Assembly (NCBI RefSeq): GCF_000007985.2
Contig: NC_002939.5
Coordinates: 150,001 to 182,000 of the forward strand
Source: Geobacter sulfurreducens PCA
GTDB taxonomy: Bacteria > Desulfobacterota > Desulfuromonadia > Geobacterales > Geobacteraceae
Direction of reading: 5' to 3'
Length of the DNA: 32,000 nt
Each line of letters opens with the position of its first letter. Within the stretch, counting starts at the first letter, position 1. The notes under the pieces were generated by a model that worked only from the letters and a program-made list of their open reading frames with translations, ran no database searches and was not told the DNA's origin. The translations under genes were made by a program, and so were the position numbers. Shown here in pieces: positions 20,806 to 30,694 of this stretch.

Positions 20806-22026
20806 ATGGCCAAAGCGCACAAAGACGTCAAGAAGATCGTCCTTGCCTATTCGGGCGGACTCGACACATCCATCATCCTCAAGTGGCTCAAGAACGAGTA
20901 CGGCTGCGAGGTCATCGCCTTCTCCGCCGATCTGGGCCAAGGCGACGAACTGGCGCCGATCCGCGACAAGGCCATCGCAACCGGCGCCGACAAGGTCTAC
21001 ATCGACGACCTGAAGGAAGAATTCGTCAAGGACTTCGTATTCCCCATGTTCCGCGCCAACGCCATTTACGAGGGGCACTACCTCCTGGGCACCTCCATCG
21101 CCCGCCCCCTCATCGCCAAGCGTCAGATGGAGATCGCGAAGATCGAGGGTGCCGACGCCGTTTCCCACGGCGCCACCGGCAAGGGGAACGACCAGGTCCG
21201 CTTCGAGCTGGCCTACTACCACTTTGACCCGGCCATCACCGTGGTTGCCCCCTGGCGCGAGTGGAAGCTCAACAGCCGCCAGGCCCTGGTGAACTACGCC
21301 AGGAAGAACGGGATCCCGATCCCGGTCACCAAGAAGCGTCCCTGGTCCTCGGACCGCAACCTCCTCCACATCTCCTTCGAGGGCGGCATCCTGGAGGATA
21401 CCTGGGCCGAGCCCCCCGAGAACATGTACGTGCTGACCAAGGCGCCGGAAAAGGCCCCCAACAAGCCCCAGTTCGTGGAGATCGAATTCAAAAACGGCAA
21501 TGCCGTGGCCGTTGACGGCGAGAAGATGAGCCCGGCCCAGCTCCTGGCTCACCTGAACTACATCGGCGGCGAGCACGGTATCGGCCGGGTCGATCTCCTG
21601 GAGAACCGCTCCGTGGGCATGAAGTCCCGGGGCGTGTACGAGACCCCCGGCGGCACCATCCTGCGCGAGGCCCACTCGGCGGTGGAGCAGATCACCATGG
21701 ACCGCGAGGTCATGCGGATCCGCGACTCCCTCATCCCCGAGTACGCCCGCCAGGTCTATGCCGGCTACTGGTTCTCGCCGGAGCGGGAGATGCTCCAGAC
21801 CCTGATCGACGATTCCCAGAAGTGCGTGAACGGCGTGGCCCGGGTGAAACTCTACAAGGGGCACTGCCGTACCGTGGGGCGCAAGTCCGAGACCAACTCT
21901 CTCTTCAACCTGGACTTCGCCACCTTCGAAAAGGATCAGGTCTTCAACCAGGCCGACGCCACCGGCTTCATCAAGATCAACTCCCTGCGGCTGCGGATCA
22001 GGTCGCTCATGCAGGGGAAGAAGTAG
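20806..22026 (+). CDS. argG: argininosuccinate synthase
   Basis: 406 aa: [56 protein letters not shown]. Confidence 0.95.
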   Translation: MAKAHKDVKKIVLAYSGGLDTSIILKWLKNEYGCEVIAFSADLGQGDELAPIRDKAIATGADKVYIDDLKEEFVKDFVFPMFRANAIYEGHYLLGTSIARPLIAKRQMEIAKIEGADAVSHGATGKGNDQVRFELAYYHFDPAITVVAPWREWKLNSRQALVNYARKNGIPIPVTKKRPWSSDRNLLHISFEGGILEDTWAEPPENMYVLTKAPEKAPNKPQFVEIEFKNGNAVAVDGEKMSPAQLLAHLNYIGGEHGIGRVDLLENRSVGMKSRGVYETPGGTILREAHSAVEQITMDREVMRIRDSLIPEYARQVYAGYWFSPEREMLQTLIDDSQKCVNGVARVKLYKGHCRTVGRKSETNSLFNLDFATFEKDQVFNQADATGFIKINSLRLRIRSLMQGKK

Positions 22027-22147
22027 AAAACGCGCCTTTTCCGCACGCTCTGCGTTGCCCTGCGAAACTGCTTGTGCGGCGTACGTTCAGTATGCCTCCG
22101 CACCGTTTCGTGAGTGCCTTGACCGTGCGAAACATTCGCGTTTTCAG
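22018..22147 (+). repeat. intergenic repeat element, copy A (paralogous to 29131..29257), starting at the argG stop codon
   Basis: Aligned by hand with the post-dapB region. Both begin GAAGTAGAAA (stop codon included). Both share CT(C/G)GCGTTG, GTGCG.CGTA, CTCCGC, and CGTGA..GCCTTGACC followed by exactly 17 nt and TTTCAG. AAAACGCG (22027-22034) is complementary to CGCGTTTT (22137-22144). Confidence 0.45.
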
Positions 22148-22158
22148 AAAGATCAAAA

Positions 22159-22190
22159 GGGACACGGTCCGCCGTGTCCCTTCGTCTATC
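22159..22190 (+). terminator. hairpin terminator after argG (9-bp GC-rich stem, 4-nt loop)
   Basis: GGGACACGG (22159-22167), TCCG loop, CCGTGTCCC (22172-22180), then TTCGTCTATC. The T-tract is weak. Confidence 0.55.
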
Positions 22191-22192
22191 CC

Positions 22193-22636
22193 ATGGCCGA
22201 CAAGACATTCAAGAAAGACCACATCGTCACCTCTGTCGTGGCCGTCATCGTGGATGATGACGGTCAGGTGCTCCTCACCAAGCGGAACGTGACCCCCTTC
22301 AAGGGGGAATGGGTCATGCCCGGTGGGAAGATCGACCTGGGTGAGCCGATCGTCGCGGCCCTCCAGCGGGAGGTTATGGAAGAGGTGGGGCTCCAGGTAG
22401 AGGTGGAAGACCTCATCGACGTGTTCGAGCACGTGACCCCAGGCGAGGACAACTACCACTTCATCATCCTCTACTACCTCTGCCACCCCATCTATTGTGA
22501 CATCGACCACAACCGCGACGAGGTGGAGGAGGCCCGCTGGGTCCCCCGCGGAGAGCTGGCGGGCTACAAAATGCCCGAAGGGACCCGCTTCATCCTCGGC
22601 AAGGTATTTCCGGAGCTCTGCAGCTGCGAGACGTGA
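22193..22636 (+). CDS. NUDIX hydrolase
   Basis: ORF 22055..22636; ATG at 22193. The Nudix box is read directly: GGKIDLGEPIVAALQREVMEEVGL (GX5EX7REUXEEXGU). No obvious RBS. Confidence 0.8.
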   Translation: MADKTFKKDHIVTSVVAVIVDDDGQVLLTKRNVTPFKGEWVMPGGKIDLGEPIVAALQREVMEEVGLQVEVEDLIDVFEHVTPGEDNYHFIILYYLCHPIYCDIDHNRDEVEEARWVPRGELAGYKMPEGTRFILGKVFPELCSCET

Positions 22637-22646
22637 CAAGGTTCCC

Positions 22647-23810
22647 ATGGTCCAGATCATCGACAAGAAGGTGAATCTCGAATATCCCCTGGGGCACCAC
22701 CTCCACTGCATGATCGCCCAGGTGCCGAACCACCTGCGGGGGGCGGAGAAGGGATTCGCCATCGAGGAGCCCGACCGCCAGTGGGAGCGGGTCCGGTCGA
22801 TCCTCGACCTGGTGGCGGCCGGCGAGGGGAACCTGAAGAAGCTCCACTTCCTCATGTTTCCCGAGACCCACGTCCCGGTCGGCCGGTTCGACGAGATGCT
22901 GACCGCGATCAGCGGCACCTTCCGCCCCAACACCGTCACCATGTTCGGGGTGGAGCACGTGAGCCTCAAGGCCTACCGGGAGATGCTGGAGCGGTTCCGG
23001 GAGGACAACGCCGAGGCCATCGAGCTGGTGGACCGGGACATCGATTCGGGCGATGTGCTGGAGATGCCGGTCAACTGGTGCTGCATTGCGGTGAAGGAGG
23101 CCACGGGGAAACTGCGTGTCTTCCTGGAGGCCAAGAGCCACCCCTTCCACGGGGAGGAATTCCTGGACAAGTTCCACGATCTCTACCGCGGGCGCCACTT
23201 CTACCTCTTCCGGAGCCGCCCCTCCTGCTTCAACTTCATGGTTCTGATCTGTCTGGACTACCTTTACCGGGACCTGTACAGCTCCAACATCAAGCAGATC
23301 ATTGACCACGCCAACCAGCTCTACTTCTCCACCCGGCAGACCCTGGACACCATCTTCGTGGTCCAGTGCAACCCCAAGCCCGAGCACCGGGCCTACCGGG
23401 ACGTGCTCGCCGGGTTCTACGGCGAGTACCTGGAGGACACGCCCGGCGTGCGGGAAACGGTAACGGTCTTCGGCAATACCTCAGAGGAGACCCGGATTGA
23501 GGATGTCCCCGGCGGGCACGCCTTCGGCACCTCCTCCGTGGTCATCAACAGCAGCCACCGCCTGGCGCGGGTGCAGCTCTCGGAGTTCGCCACCGACGAT
23601 TTCGACGGCGCTCCGATTTGCCGGCTTCGCTTCGGGACCGGGACCCGTCTCTACTACTTCAATCTTCCGCTCCACCACGAGATCGATCCGCGCACCACGC
23701 GGGTTCCCCTCAAGGTCCACACGATCATGCGCCCGTCCCGGGACGGCGGCTGGGTCAAGATCAGCGGGGATGAGCTGGTGGCGGGGTTCGAGATCGCGCA
23801 GAACATGTAA
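22647..23810 (+). CDS. conserved-looking hypothetical protein, 387 aa, with a nitrilase/C-N hydrolase superfamily-like E-K-C motif pattern
   Basis: ORF 22497..23810; ATG at 22647, 10 nt after the NUDIX stop. Motifs read from the translation, numbered from M1 at 22647: LHFLMFPE(73)TH, VFLEAK(163)SHPF, FMVLIC(202)LDYLY, then FGTSSVVINS. The order and spacing (E to K 90 aa, K to C 39 aa) resemble the C-N hydrolase catalytic triad. No alignment was run. Confidence 0.65.
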   Translation: MVQIIDKKVNLEYPLGHHLHCMIAQVPNHLRGAEKGFAIEEPDRQWERVRSILDLVAAGEGNLKKLHFLMFPETHVPVGRFDEMLTAISGTFRPNTVTMFGVEHVSLKAYREMLERFREDNAEAIELVDRDIDSGDVLEMPVNWCCIAVKEATGKLRVFLEAKSHPFHGEEFLDKFHDLYRGRHFYLFRSRPSCFNFMVLICLDYLYRDLYSSNIKQIIDHANQLYFSTRQTLDTIFVVQCNPKPEHRAYRDVLAGFYGEYLEDTPGVRETVTVFGNTSEETRIEDVPGGHAFGTSSVVINSSHRLARVQLSEFATDDFDGAPICRLRFGTGTRLYYFNLPLHHEIDPRTTRVPLKVHTIMRPSRDGGWVKISGDELVAGFEIAQNM

Positions 23811-23831
23811 TCACACCATCAGGAGATAGTC

Positions 23832-25208
23832 ATGGCACACGAAAAACTGTGGGGCGGCCGCTTTTCCGAGCCGACCGACCAATTCGTCGAGGAATTCACC
23901 GCTTCCATCGACTTCGACAAGCGGCTCTACCACCAGGACATCCGGGGCTCCATCGCCCACGCGCGGATGCTGGGCAAGCAAGGCATCCTCCCCATGGCTG
24001 AGGTCGAAAAGATCGTGGCGGGGCTCCAGGAGGTCCTTGCCCGGATCGAGGCCGGGAAATTTGACTTCTCCGTGGCCCTGGAAGACATCCACATGAACAT
24101 CGAGGCGCGTCTCACGGAGAAGATCGGCGAGGCCGGCAAGCGGCTCCACACCGGCCGTTCCCGCAACGACCAGGTTGCCCTCGACATCCGCCTCTACCTG
24201 CGGGACGAGATCGTGGAGATCTCCGCCTACCTGGATATGTTGGTGGACTCCCTCATTTACCAGGCGGAAGCCAACCTGGGCGTCATCATGCCCGGCTACA
24301 CCCACCTGCAGACCGCCCAGCCCATCCTCTTCTCCCACCACATGATGGCCTACGTGGAGATGTTCACCAGGGACAAGGGGCGGATGGAGGACTGCCTGCG
24401 GCGGATGAACGTCCTTCCGCTCGGCGCCGGCGCCCTGGCCGGGACCACCTTCCCCATCGACCGGGAACACGTGGCCGAGCTGCTGGACTTCCCCGGCGTG
24501 ACCCGCAATTCCCTCGATTCGGTATCGGACCGGGACTTCGCCCTGGAGTTCATGGGGGCCTCCTCGATCCTGATGATGCACCTCTCCCGTTTCTCCGAGG
24601 AGCTGATCCTCTGGTCCACCAGCGAGTTCAAGTTCGTGGAGCTGACCGATTCCTTCTGCACCGGCTCCTCGATCATGCCCCAGAAGAAGAACCCGGACGT
24701 GCCGGAACTGGTCCGCGGCAAAACCGGCCGGGTCTACGGCAACCTCATGGCGCTCCTCACGGTCATGAAGGCCCTGCCCCTGGCTTACAACAAGGACATG
24801 CAGGAAGACAAGGAGCCTCTCTTCGACACCATCGACACCGTGAAGGGGAGCCTCAAGATTTTCGCCGACATGGTGCGGGAGATGCGGATCAACGCCGGGA
24901 ACATGCGGGCCGCGGCCGCCAAGGGTTTCTCCACCGCCACCGACGTGGCCGACTACCTGGTCCGCCAGGGGATGCCCTTCCGCGACGCCCACGAGGTGGT
25001 GGGGAAGACCGTGGCCTACTGTATCGCCAACGGCAAGGATCTCCCGGATCTGACCATGGATGAATGGCAGGGGTTCTCGGACAAGATCGGCGAGGACATC
25101 TTCGACGCGATTACCCTGGAAGCGTCGGTCAACGCCCGCGTCGCCACCGGCGGCACGGCCCTGGAGCGCGTCAAGGCGGAGATCGAGCGGGCCAAGGTGG
25201 GGAGATAG
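23832..25208 (+). CDS. argH: argininosuccinate lyase
   Basis: 458 aa: [47 protein letters not shown] (the fumarate-lyase signature). Confidence 0.95.
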   Translation: MAHEKLWGGRFSEPTDQFVEEFTASIDFDKRLYHQDIRGSIAHARMLGKQGILPMAEVEKIVAGLQEVLARIEAGKFDFSVALEDIHMNIEARLTEKIGEAGKRLHTGRSRNDQVALDIRLYLRDEIVEISAYLDMLVDSLIYQAEANLGVIMPGYTHLQTAQPILFSHHMMAYVEMFTRDKGRMEDCLRRMNVLPLGAGALAGTTFPIDREHVAELLDFPGVTRNSLDSVSDRDFALEFMGASSILMMHLSRFSEELILWSTSEFKFVELTDSFCTGSSIMPQKKNPDVPELVRGKTGRVYGNLMALLTVMKALPLAYNKDMQEDKEPLFDTIDTVKGSLKIFADMVREMRINAGNMRAAAAKGFSTATDVADYLVRQGMPFRDAHEVVGKTVAYCIANGKDLPDLTMDEWQGFSDKIGEDIFDAITLEASVNARVATGGTALERVKAEIERAKVGR

Positions 25209-25246
25209 CGTGATTCGCGTCGCGGCACAGGGCCGGGGAGGGGACA

Positions 25247-26020
25247 GTGGGCGGTAATCATCGGATCGTAGTCAAGCTCGTCGCCGGAATCGCACTTGCG
25301 GCCGCCCTGGCAGGCTGCGGCAGGAAGGGGCCGCTGGTGCCGCCCGAATCCTTCGTGCCTGCCTCTGTCTCTACCCTGACGGTGGAGCAGAAGGATGACG
25401 CCTTCTACGTCTCCTGGCCCGCGCCCGAGAAGGATGAGGGGGGCCGCCCCCTCAAGGACCTGGCCGGGTTCAGGGTCTACCGCAGGCCGGTGCTCCCGCC
25501 GGGGCAGGACTGCGAGGAGTGCCCCACCGCCTACACGCTGATCAGGACCGTGGACCTGGAGTATCCCCAGGACGTGCGTTCCTATGACGGCCGCTACGTG
25601 CTGGCCGACCGCGGCCTGACCAACGGGGCCACCTACCAGTACAAGGTTATCTCATTCAAGAAGGACGGCAGCGAGAGCGGGGCCTCGAACCGGGCCCGTC
25701 GCACGATGGTGGCGGCCCCGCCTGCGCCGCGCCTCGCCGCTTCATCGAGCGCAACCGGCGTCGCGCTCCAGTGGGAACCGTCCCCGCCTGCGACCGGGGA
25801 GCCCGTTGGCGCCTACATTTACCGCCGCCGGGGCGACGACCTCGCCAGCTTGGTCCTCTTGACGCCGTCGCCGGTGACCGGCACGAGCTACGAGGACCAG
25901 CGCCTGGAGCGGGGCGTCACCTATGTCTATCTGGTGCGCCAGGTCGTTGCCGTGGACGGACAACTGGTGGAAGGCGCCGCATCCAACACCGTACGGGGCG
26001 CCCTGACCGAACCGGAGTAG
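25247..26020 (+). CDS. lipoprotein with an LptM-like lipobox region plus two FN3-like repeats
   Basis: GTG start after GGGGAGGGG. Signal peptide and lipobox VKLVAGIALAAALAG|CGRKGPLVPPE, which matches the CG-x-KGPL motif I recall for the LptM/YifL/LppL family. Two repeats resemble FN3: FYVSWPAPEKDEGGRPLKDLAGFRVYRR...GATYQYKVISF and VALQWEPSPPATGEPVGAYIYRRR...TSYEDQRLERGVTYVYLVRQV. Confidence 0.7.
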   Translation: MGGNHRIVVKLVAGIALAAALAGCGRKGPLVPPESFVPASVSTLTVEQKDDAFYVSWPAPEKDEGGRPLKDLAGFRVYRRPVLPPGQDCEECPTAYTLIRTVDLEYPQDVRSYDGRYVLADRGLTNGATYQYKVISFKKDGSESGASNRARRTMVAAPPAPRLAASSSATGVALQWEPSPPATGEPVGAYIYRRRGDDLASLVLLTPSPVTGTSYEDQRLERGVTYVYLVRQVVAVDGQLVEGAASNTVRGALTEPE

Positions 26021-26072
26021 GGGCCAGGCAGTGCGCGCTGCGGCCGGAACCGGGCGATAAGCCGCTAATCTT

Positions 26073-26101
26073 TTGACTTTTTAGGCCTTGCATGTTAAAA
26101 A
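26073..26101 (+). promoter_or_regulatory. candidate sigma70 promoter for lysA (TTGACT - 17 nt - TAAAAA)
   Basis: Read directly in the only AT-rich patch of this intergenic region. It lies about 57 nt upstream of the lysA ATG. Motif match only. Confidence 0.35.
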
Positions 26102-26157
26102 TATCCACTTTTGTTTACAGCGTGACGATTATTCACTTTTCATAAACGGAGGACACC

Positions 26158-27411
26158 ATGAATCACTTCCAGTACAAGGGGAACGAGCTCCACGCCGAGG
26201 AGGTTTCGCTCAAGGAGATCGTGGCCCGGGTTGGTAGCCCGGTCTATGTTTATTCCCACGCCACCCTGACCCGGCACTTCACTGCCTTTGACGAGGCCTT
26301 CGCCGGCGTGCCCCACACCATCTGCTACTCGGTCAAGGCCAACTCCACCCAGGCAGTGCTCAGGACGTTCATCACCCTGGGCGGTGGCGCCGACATCGTT
26401 TCCGGCGGCGAGCTCTACCGCGCCCTCCAGGCCGGCGTCGATCCGAAAAAAGTGGTCTATTCCGGGGTGGGTAAGAAGGACGACGAGATCGAGTACGCCC
26501 TGAACACCGGCATCCTCATGTTCAACGTGGAGTCGGAGCAGGAGCTGACCCGCATCTCCGAGATCGCCTCCCGCATGGGCAAGAAGGCGGGCATCGCCAT
26601 CCGGGTCAACCCCGACGTGGACCCCCAGACCCATCCCTACATCACCACGGGCCTCAAGAACGCCAAGTTCGGCATCACCATCGACCGGGCCATGGCCGAA
26701 TACGCCCGCGCCAAGACGCTCCCCGGCATCGATGTGATCGGCATCGACATGCACATCGGCTCCCAGCTGACCAAGGTCACTCCCTTCGTGGACTCCATCG
26801 AGAAGCTGAAGACGATGATCGCCAACCTGCGCGGCCAGGGGATCGACCTGCAGTACTTCGACTGCGGCGGCGGCCTGGGGATCCAGTACAGCACCGAAGA
26901 GCCGCCGCTCCCCGCCGACTACGGCAAGGAGATCGTCGCGGCCACCAAAGAGCTGGGCATGCACCTGCTCTTCGAGCCGGGCCGCAACATCGTGGGCAAC
27001 GCTGGCATCCTGGTGGCCACGTGCCTCTTCACCAAGGAGCGGGACGAGAAGAACTTCATCATGATCGACGCCGGCATGAACGACCTGGCCCGTCCGGCCC
27101 TCTACGGCTCTTTCCACGGCGTACAGCCGGTGGTCAAGGACCAGGACGGCATGATCGTGGCCGATATCGTGGGTCCCATCTGCGAGTCGGGCGACTTCCT
27201 GGTGAAGGACCGGGAGGTACCCATGTTCCGCCAGGGCGATCTGATGGCCTTCATGTCGGCCGGCGCCTACGGCTTCGCCATGAGCAGCACCTACAACAGC
27301 CGCCCCCGGGTGGCCGAGGTGATGGTCAAGGGTAACCAGTTCGAAGTGGTCCGCGAGCGGGAGACGGTGGAAGACCTGATCCGGGGCGAGCGGGTGCCGT
27401 CGTTCCTGTAA
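26158..27411 (+). CDS. lysA: diaminopimelate decarboxylase
   Basis: 417 aa: ICYSVKAN (PLP lysine), DIVSGGEL, IDMHIGSQ, FDCGGGLGI, GPICESGD, AGAYGF. GGAGGA RBS. Confidence 0.95.
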   Translation: MNHFQYKGNELHAEEVSLKEIVARVGSPVYVYSHATLTRHFTAFDEAFAGVPHTICYSVKANSTQAVLRTFITLGGGADIVSGGELYRALQAGVDPKKVVYSGVGKKDDEIEYALNTGILMFNVESEQELTRISEIASRMGKKAGIAIRVNPDVDPQTHPYITTGLKNAKFGITIDRAMAEYARAKTLPGIDVIGIDMHIGSQLTKVTPFVDSIEKLKTMIANLRGQGIDLQYFDCGGGLGIQYSTEEPPLPADYGKEIVAATKELGMHLLFEPGRNIVGNAGILVATCLFTKERDEKNFIMIDAGMNDLARPALYGSFHGVQPVVKDQDGMIVADIVGPICESGDFLVKDREVPMFRQGDLMAFMSAGAYGFAMSSTYNSRPRVAEVMVKGNQFEVVRERETVEDLIRGERVPSFL

Positions 27412-27444
27412 CGAAAGACAACCCCAGAGAGGGAGGATACGGAT

Positions 27445-28317
27445 ATGTTCAAGGGAAGCATTGTCGCCATCGTCACCCCGTTCACCAACGGCGCGGTGGA
27501 CCAGGAGAAACTGCGGGAACTCGTGGAGTTCCAGATCACCAACGGCACCGACGCCATCGTTCCGTGCGGCACCACCGGCGAATCATCGACGCTGGACTAT
27601 GACGAGCACATGGACGTGGTGAAGATCGTCATCGAGCAGGTGAACAAGCGGGTTCCGGTCATCGCCGGCACCGGCTCCAATTCCACCGCCGAGGCCATCG
27701 AGCTCTCCCGCAAGGCCAAGGAGGCCGGGGCCGACGGCGTGCTGCTGGTCACCCCCTACTACAACAAGCCGACCCAGGAGGGGCTCGTCCGCCACTACAC
27801 CGCCATCGCTGATGCCGTGGCCATCCCCCAGATCCTCTACAACGTGCCGGGCCGCACCGGGGTCAACATGCTCCCCGAGACCGTCGCCCGGCTGGCGCCC
27901 CACAAGAACATCGTCGCCATAAAGGAGGCCACCGGTTCGCTCCAGCAGGCCTCGGAGATCCTGGCCCTCTGCGGCGACCAGATCGATGTCCTCTCGGGCG
28001 ACGACTTCATCACCTTCCCCATGATGGCGTGCGGCGCCAAGGGGGTCATCTCGGTGCTGGCCAACATCATGCCCAAGGCCGTGGCCGACCTGACCGACGC
28101 CTTCTTTGCCGGTGATCTGGAGACGGCGCGTCGGCTCCACCTGAACACCCTCAAGATCAGCAACGCCATGTTCATCGAGTCGAACCCGATCCCGGTGAAG
28201 ACGGCGCTCGGTCTCATGGGCAAGTGCTCCGACGAGGTCCGCCTCCCGCTCTGCCCCATGTCCGAGGGGAACAAGGCGAAACTGACCGCCATCATGAAAG
28301 AGTACCAGCTGATTTAA
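27445..28317 (+). CDS. dapA: 4-hydroxy-tetrahydrodipicolinate synthase
   Basis: 290 aa: GSIVAIVTPF, VPCGTTGES, VIAGTGSNST, YNKPTQEG, YNVPGRTG, IVAIKEA (active-site lysine). Confidence 0.95.
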   Translation: MFKGSIVAIVTPFTNGAVDQEKLRELVEFQITNGTDAIVPCGTTGESSTLDYDEHMDVVKIVIEQVNKRVPVIAGTGSNSTAEAIELSRKAKEAGADGVLLVTPYYNKPTQEGLVRHYTAIADAVAIPQILYNVPGRTGVNMLPETVARLAPHKNIVAIKEATGSLQQASEILALCGDQIDVLSGDDFITFPMMACGAKGVISVLANIMPKAVADLTDAFFAGDLETARRLHLNTLKISNAMFIESNPIPVKTALGLMGKCSDEVRLPLCPMSEGNKAKLTAIMKEYQLI

Positions 28318-28338
28318 CGCGCGAACTGCGAGGTTGAT

Positions 28339-29139
28339 ATGACCAAGATAGCTGTCTGTGGCGCCGCCGGGCGTATGGGCCAGAGGATCATCGTTGCCGC
28401 CAGGGAGGCTGGCTGCACCATTTCCGGAGCCCTGGAGCGGCCGGGCCACGAGATGGTCGGGCAGGATGCCGGCCTCATCGCCGGCTGCGGCGCCTTGGGC
28501 GTCGCCATTTCCGACGACCTCAACGCCGTGGTGGAAGGGTGCGACGTCCTCATCGACTTCACCACTCCCAAGGTTTCCCTCAAGAACCTGGAGGTCTGCG
28601 CCCTCAAGAAAAAGTCCATCGTCATCGGCTCCACCGGTTTCACCCCCGAGGAGCGCGCCCTGGCCGTGGAACTGGCCCGGGAGATCCCGGCGGTGCTGGC
28701 CCCCAACATGAGCGTCGGGGTCAACGTCTGCTTCAAGATTCTCAAGGACGTGGCCAAGACCCTGGGCGACGATTTCGACGTGGAGATCGTCGAACTGCAC
28801 CACAACAAGAAAAAGGACGCCCCTAGCGGCACCGCCGTCCGCATGGGCGAGGTGGTGGCCGAGGCCCTGGGCCGCGACTACAACAAGGTGGCCACCTATC
28901 ACCGCGAGGGAATCTGCGGCGAGCGGACCAAGGAAGAGATCGGCATGCAGACCGTGCGCGGCGGCGACATCGTCGGCGAGCACACCGTCTACTTCATCGG
29001 CATGGGCGAGCGGATCGAGATCAGTCACCGGGCCATGACCCGCGACATGTTCTCCCGAGGCTCCGTCCGGGCCGCCCAGTGGGTGGTGGGCAAGGCGCCG
29101 GGGTTGTACGACATGCAGGACGTTCTGGGGCTGAAGTAG
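28339..29139 (+). CDS. dapB: 4-hydroxy-tetrahydrodipicolinate reductase
   Basis: 266 aa: IAVCGAAGRMGQ (Rossmann), IGSTGF, APNMSVGVN, EIVELHHNKKKDAPSGTA. Confidence 0.95.
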   Translation: MTKIAVCGAAGRMGQRIIVAAREAGCTISGALERPGHEMVGQDAGLIAGCGALGVAISDDLNAVVEGCDVLIDFTTPKVSLKNLEVCALKKKSIVIGSTGFTPEERALAVELAREIPAVLAPNMSVGVNVCFKILKDVAKTLGDDFDVEIVELHHNKKKDAPSGTAVRMGEVVAEALGRDYNKVATYHREGICGERTKEEIGMQTVRGGDIVGEHTVYFIGMGERIEISHRAMTRDMFSRGSVRAAQWVVGKAPGLYDMQDVLGLK

Positions 29140-29257
29140 AAATGCCGCGTGTTGCCAATCTCGGCGTTGTCCGCGCCAGCGCGCGTGCGACGTAGCGCAG
29201 CTGCGTCTCCGCGCTCTTCCGTGACGCCTTGACCTTGGCACAATCAACCTTTTTCAG
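29131..29257 (+). repeat. intergenic repeat element, copy B (paralogous to 22018..22147), starting at the dapB stop codon
   Basis: See copy A. In the best block, GTGCGACGTAGCGCAGCTGCGTCTCCGCGCTCTTCCGTGACGCCTTGACC against the copy A counterpart, I counted about 38 matches in 52 aligned columns by hand. TTGACC (29229-29234), then 17 nt, then TTTCAG (29252-29257), the same spacing as copy A. Confidence 0.45.
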
Positions 29258-29284
29258 GTTGAAGCGAACGCCATACATCCGAAT

Positions 29285-30573
<1,289 letters not shown>

Positions 30574-30575
30574 AT

Positions 30576-30620
30576 TAAAGAAGGGCGGCCGATGAGGTCG
30601 CCCTTCTTTATTTATCTTCT
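30576..30620 (+). terminator. strong rho-independent terminator after dapL
   Basis: TAAAGAAGGGCG (30576-30587) pairs perfectly with CGCCCTTCTTTA (30599-30610): a 12-bp stem, an 11-nt loop, then TTTATCTTCTT. Confidence 0.8.
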
Positions 30621-30639
30621 TGCCGGTGAGATTCCCCTG

Positions 30640-30673
30640 TTGACGCGGATGTGAATTGTGTTATCTAATAACA
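30640..30673 (+). promoter_or_regulatory. candidate promoter (TTGACG - 16/17 nt - TATCTA/ATCTAA) overlapped by a 6-3-6 palindrome TGTTAT-CTA-ATAACA
   Basis: Read directly: TTGACG at 30640-30645 and the palindrome at 30659-30673, which covers the putative -10. It lies immediately upstream of the TA-like pair. This is the layout expected for an autorepressed operator. Confidence 0.4.
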
Positions 30674-30694
30674 TATGTTTCGGGAGGTAAGACT

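Noticed and set aside
26092-26145. 17-codon upstream ORF (MLKISTFVYSVTIIHFS) ending just before the lysA RBS; possible leader peptide.
   Set aside because: There is no RBS. Its ATG lies upstream of the most plausible -10/TSS. It is not enriched in lysine codons. It is most likely a chance ORF in an AT-rich promoter region.
26021-26157. Possible lysine riboswitch (L-box) upstream of lysA, and likewise upstream of dapL at 29140-29340.
   Set aside because: The lysA spacer (137 nt) is too short for an L-box. I could not find the conserved L-box core motifs in either region. Only a cmscan against Rfam RF00168 could formally exclude it.
29142-29195. 17-aa ORF (MPRVANLGVVRASARAT) starting 3 nt after the dapB stop.
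   Set aside because: There is no RBS beyond possible coupling, no regulatory codon bias, and copy A of the same repeat element has no equivalent ORF. It is treated as noncoding.
30656-30694. TTG at 30656 as the start of the TumE-like ORF, as in the ORF track.
   Set aside because: It would lie inside or upstream of the predicted -10 and operator and has no RBS. The GTG at 30695 has GGGAGG at appropriate spacing. 30656 is kept only as an alternative.
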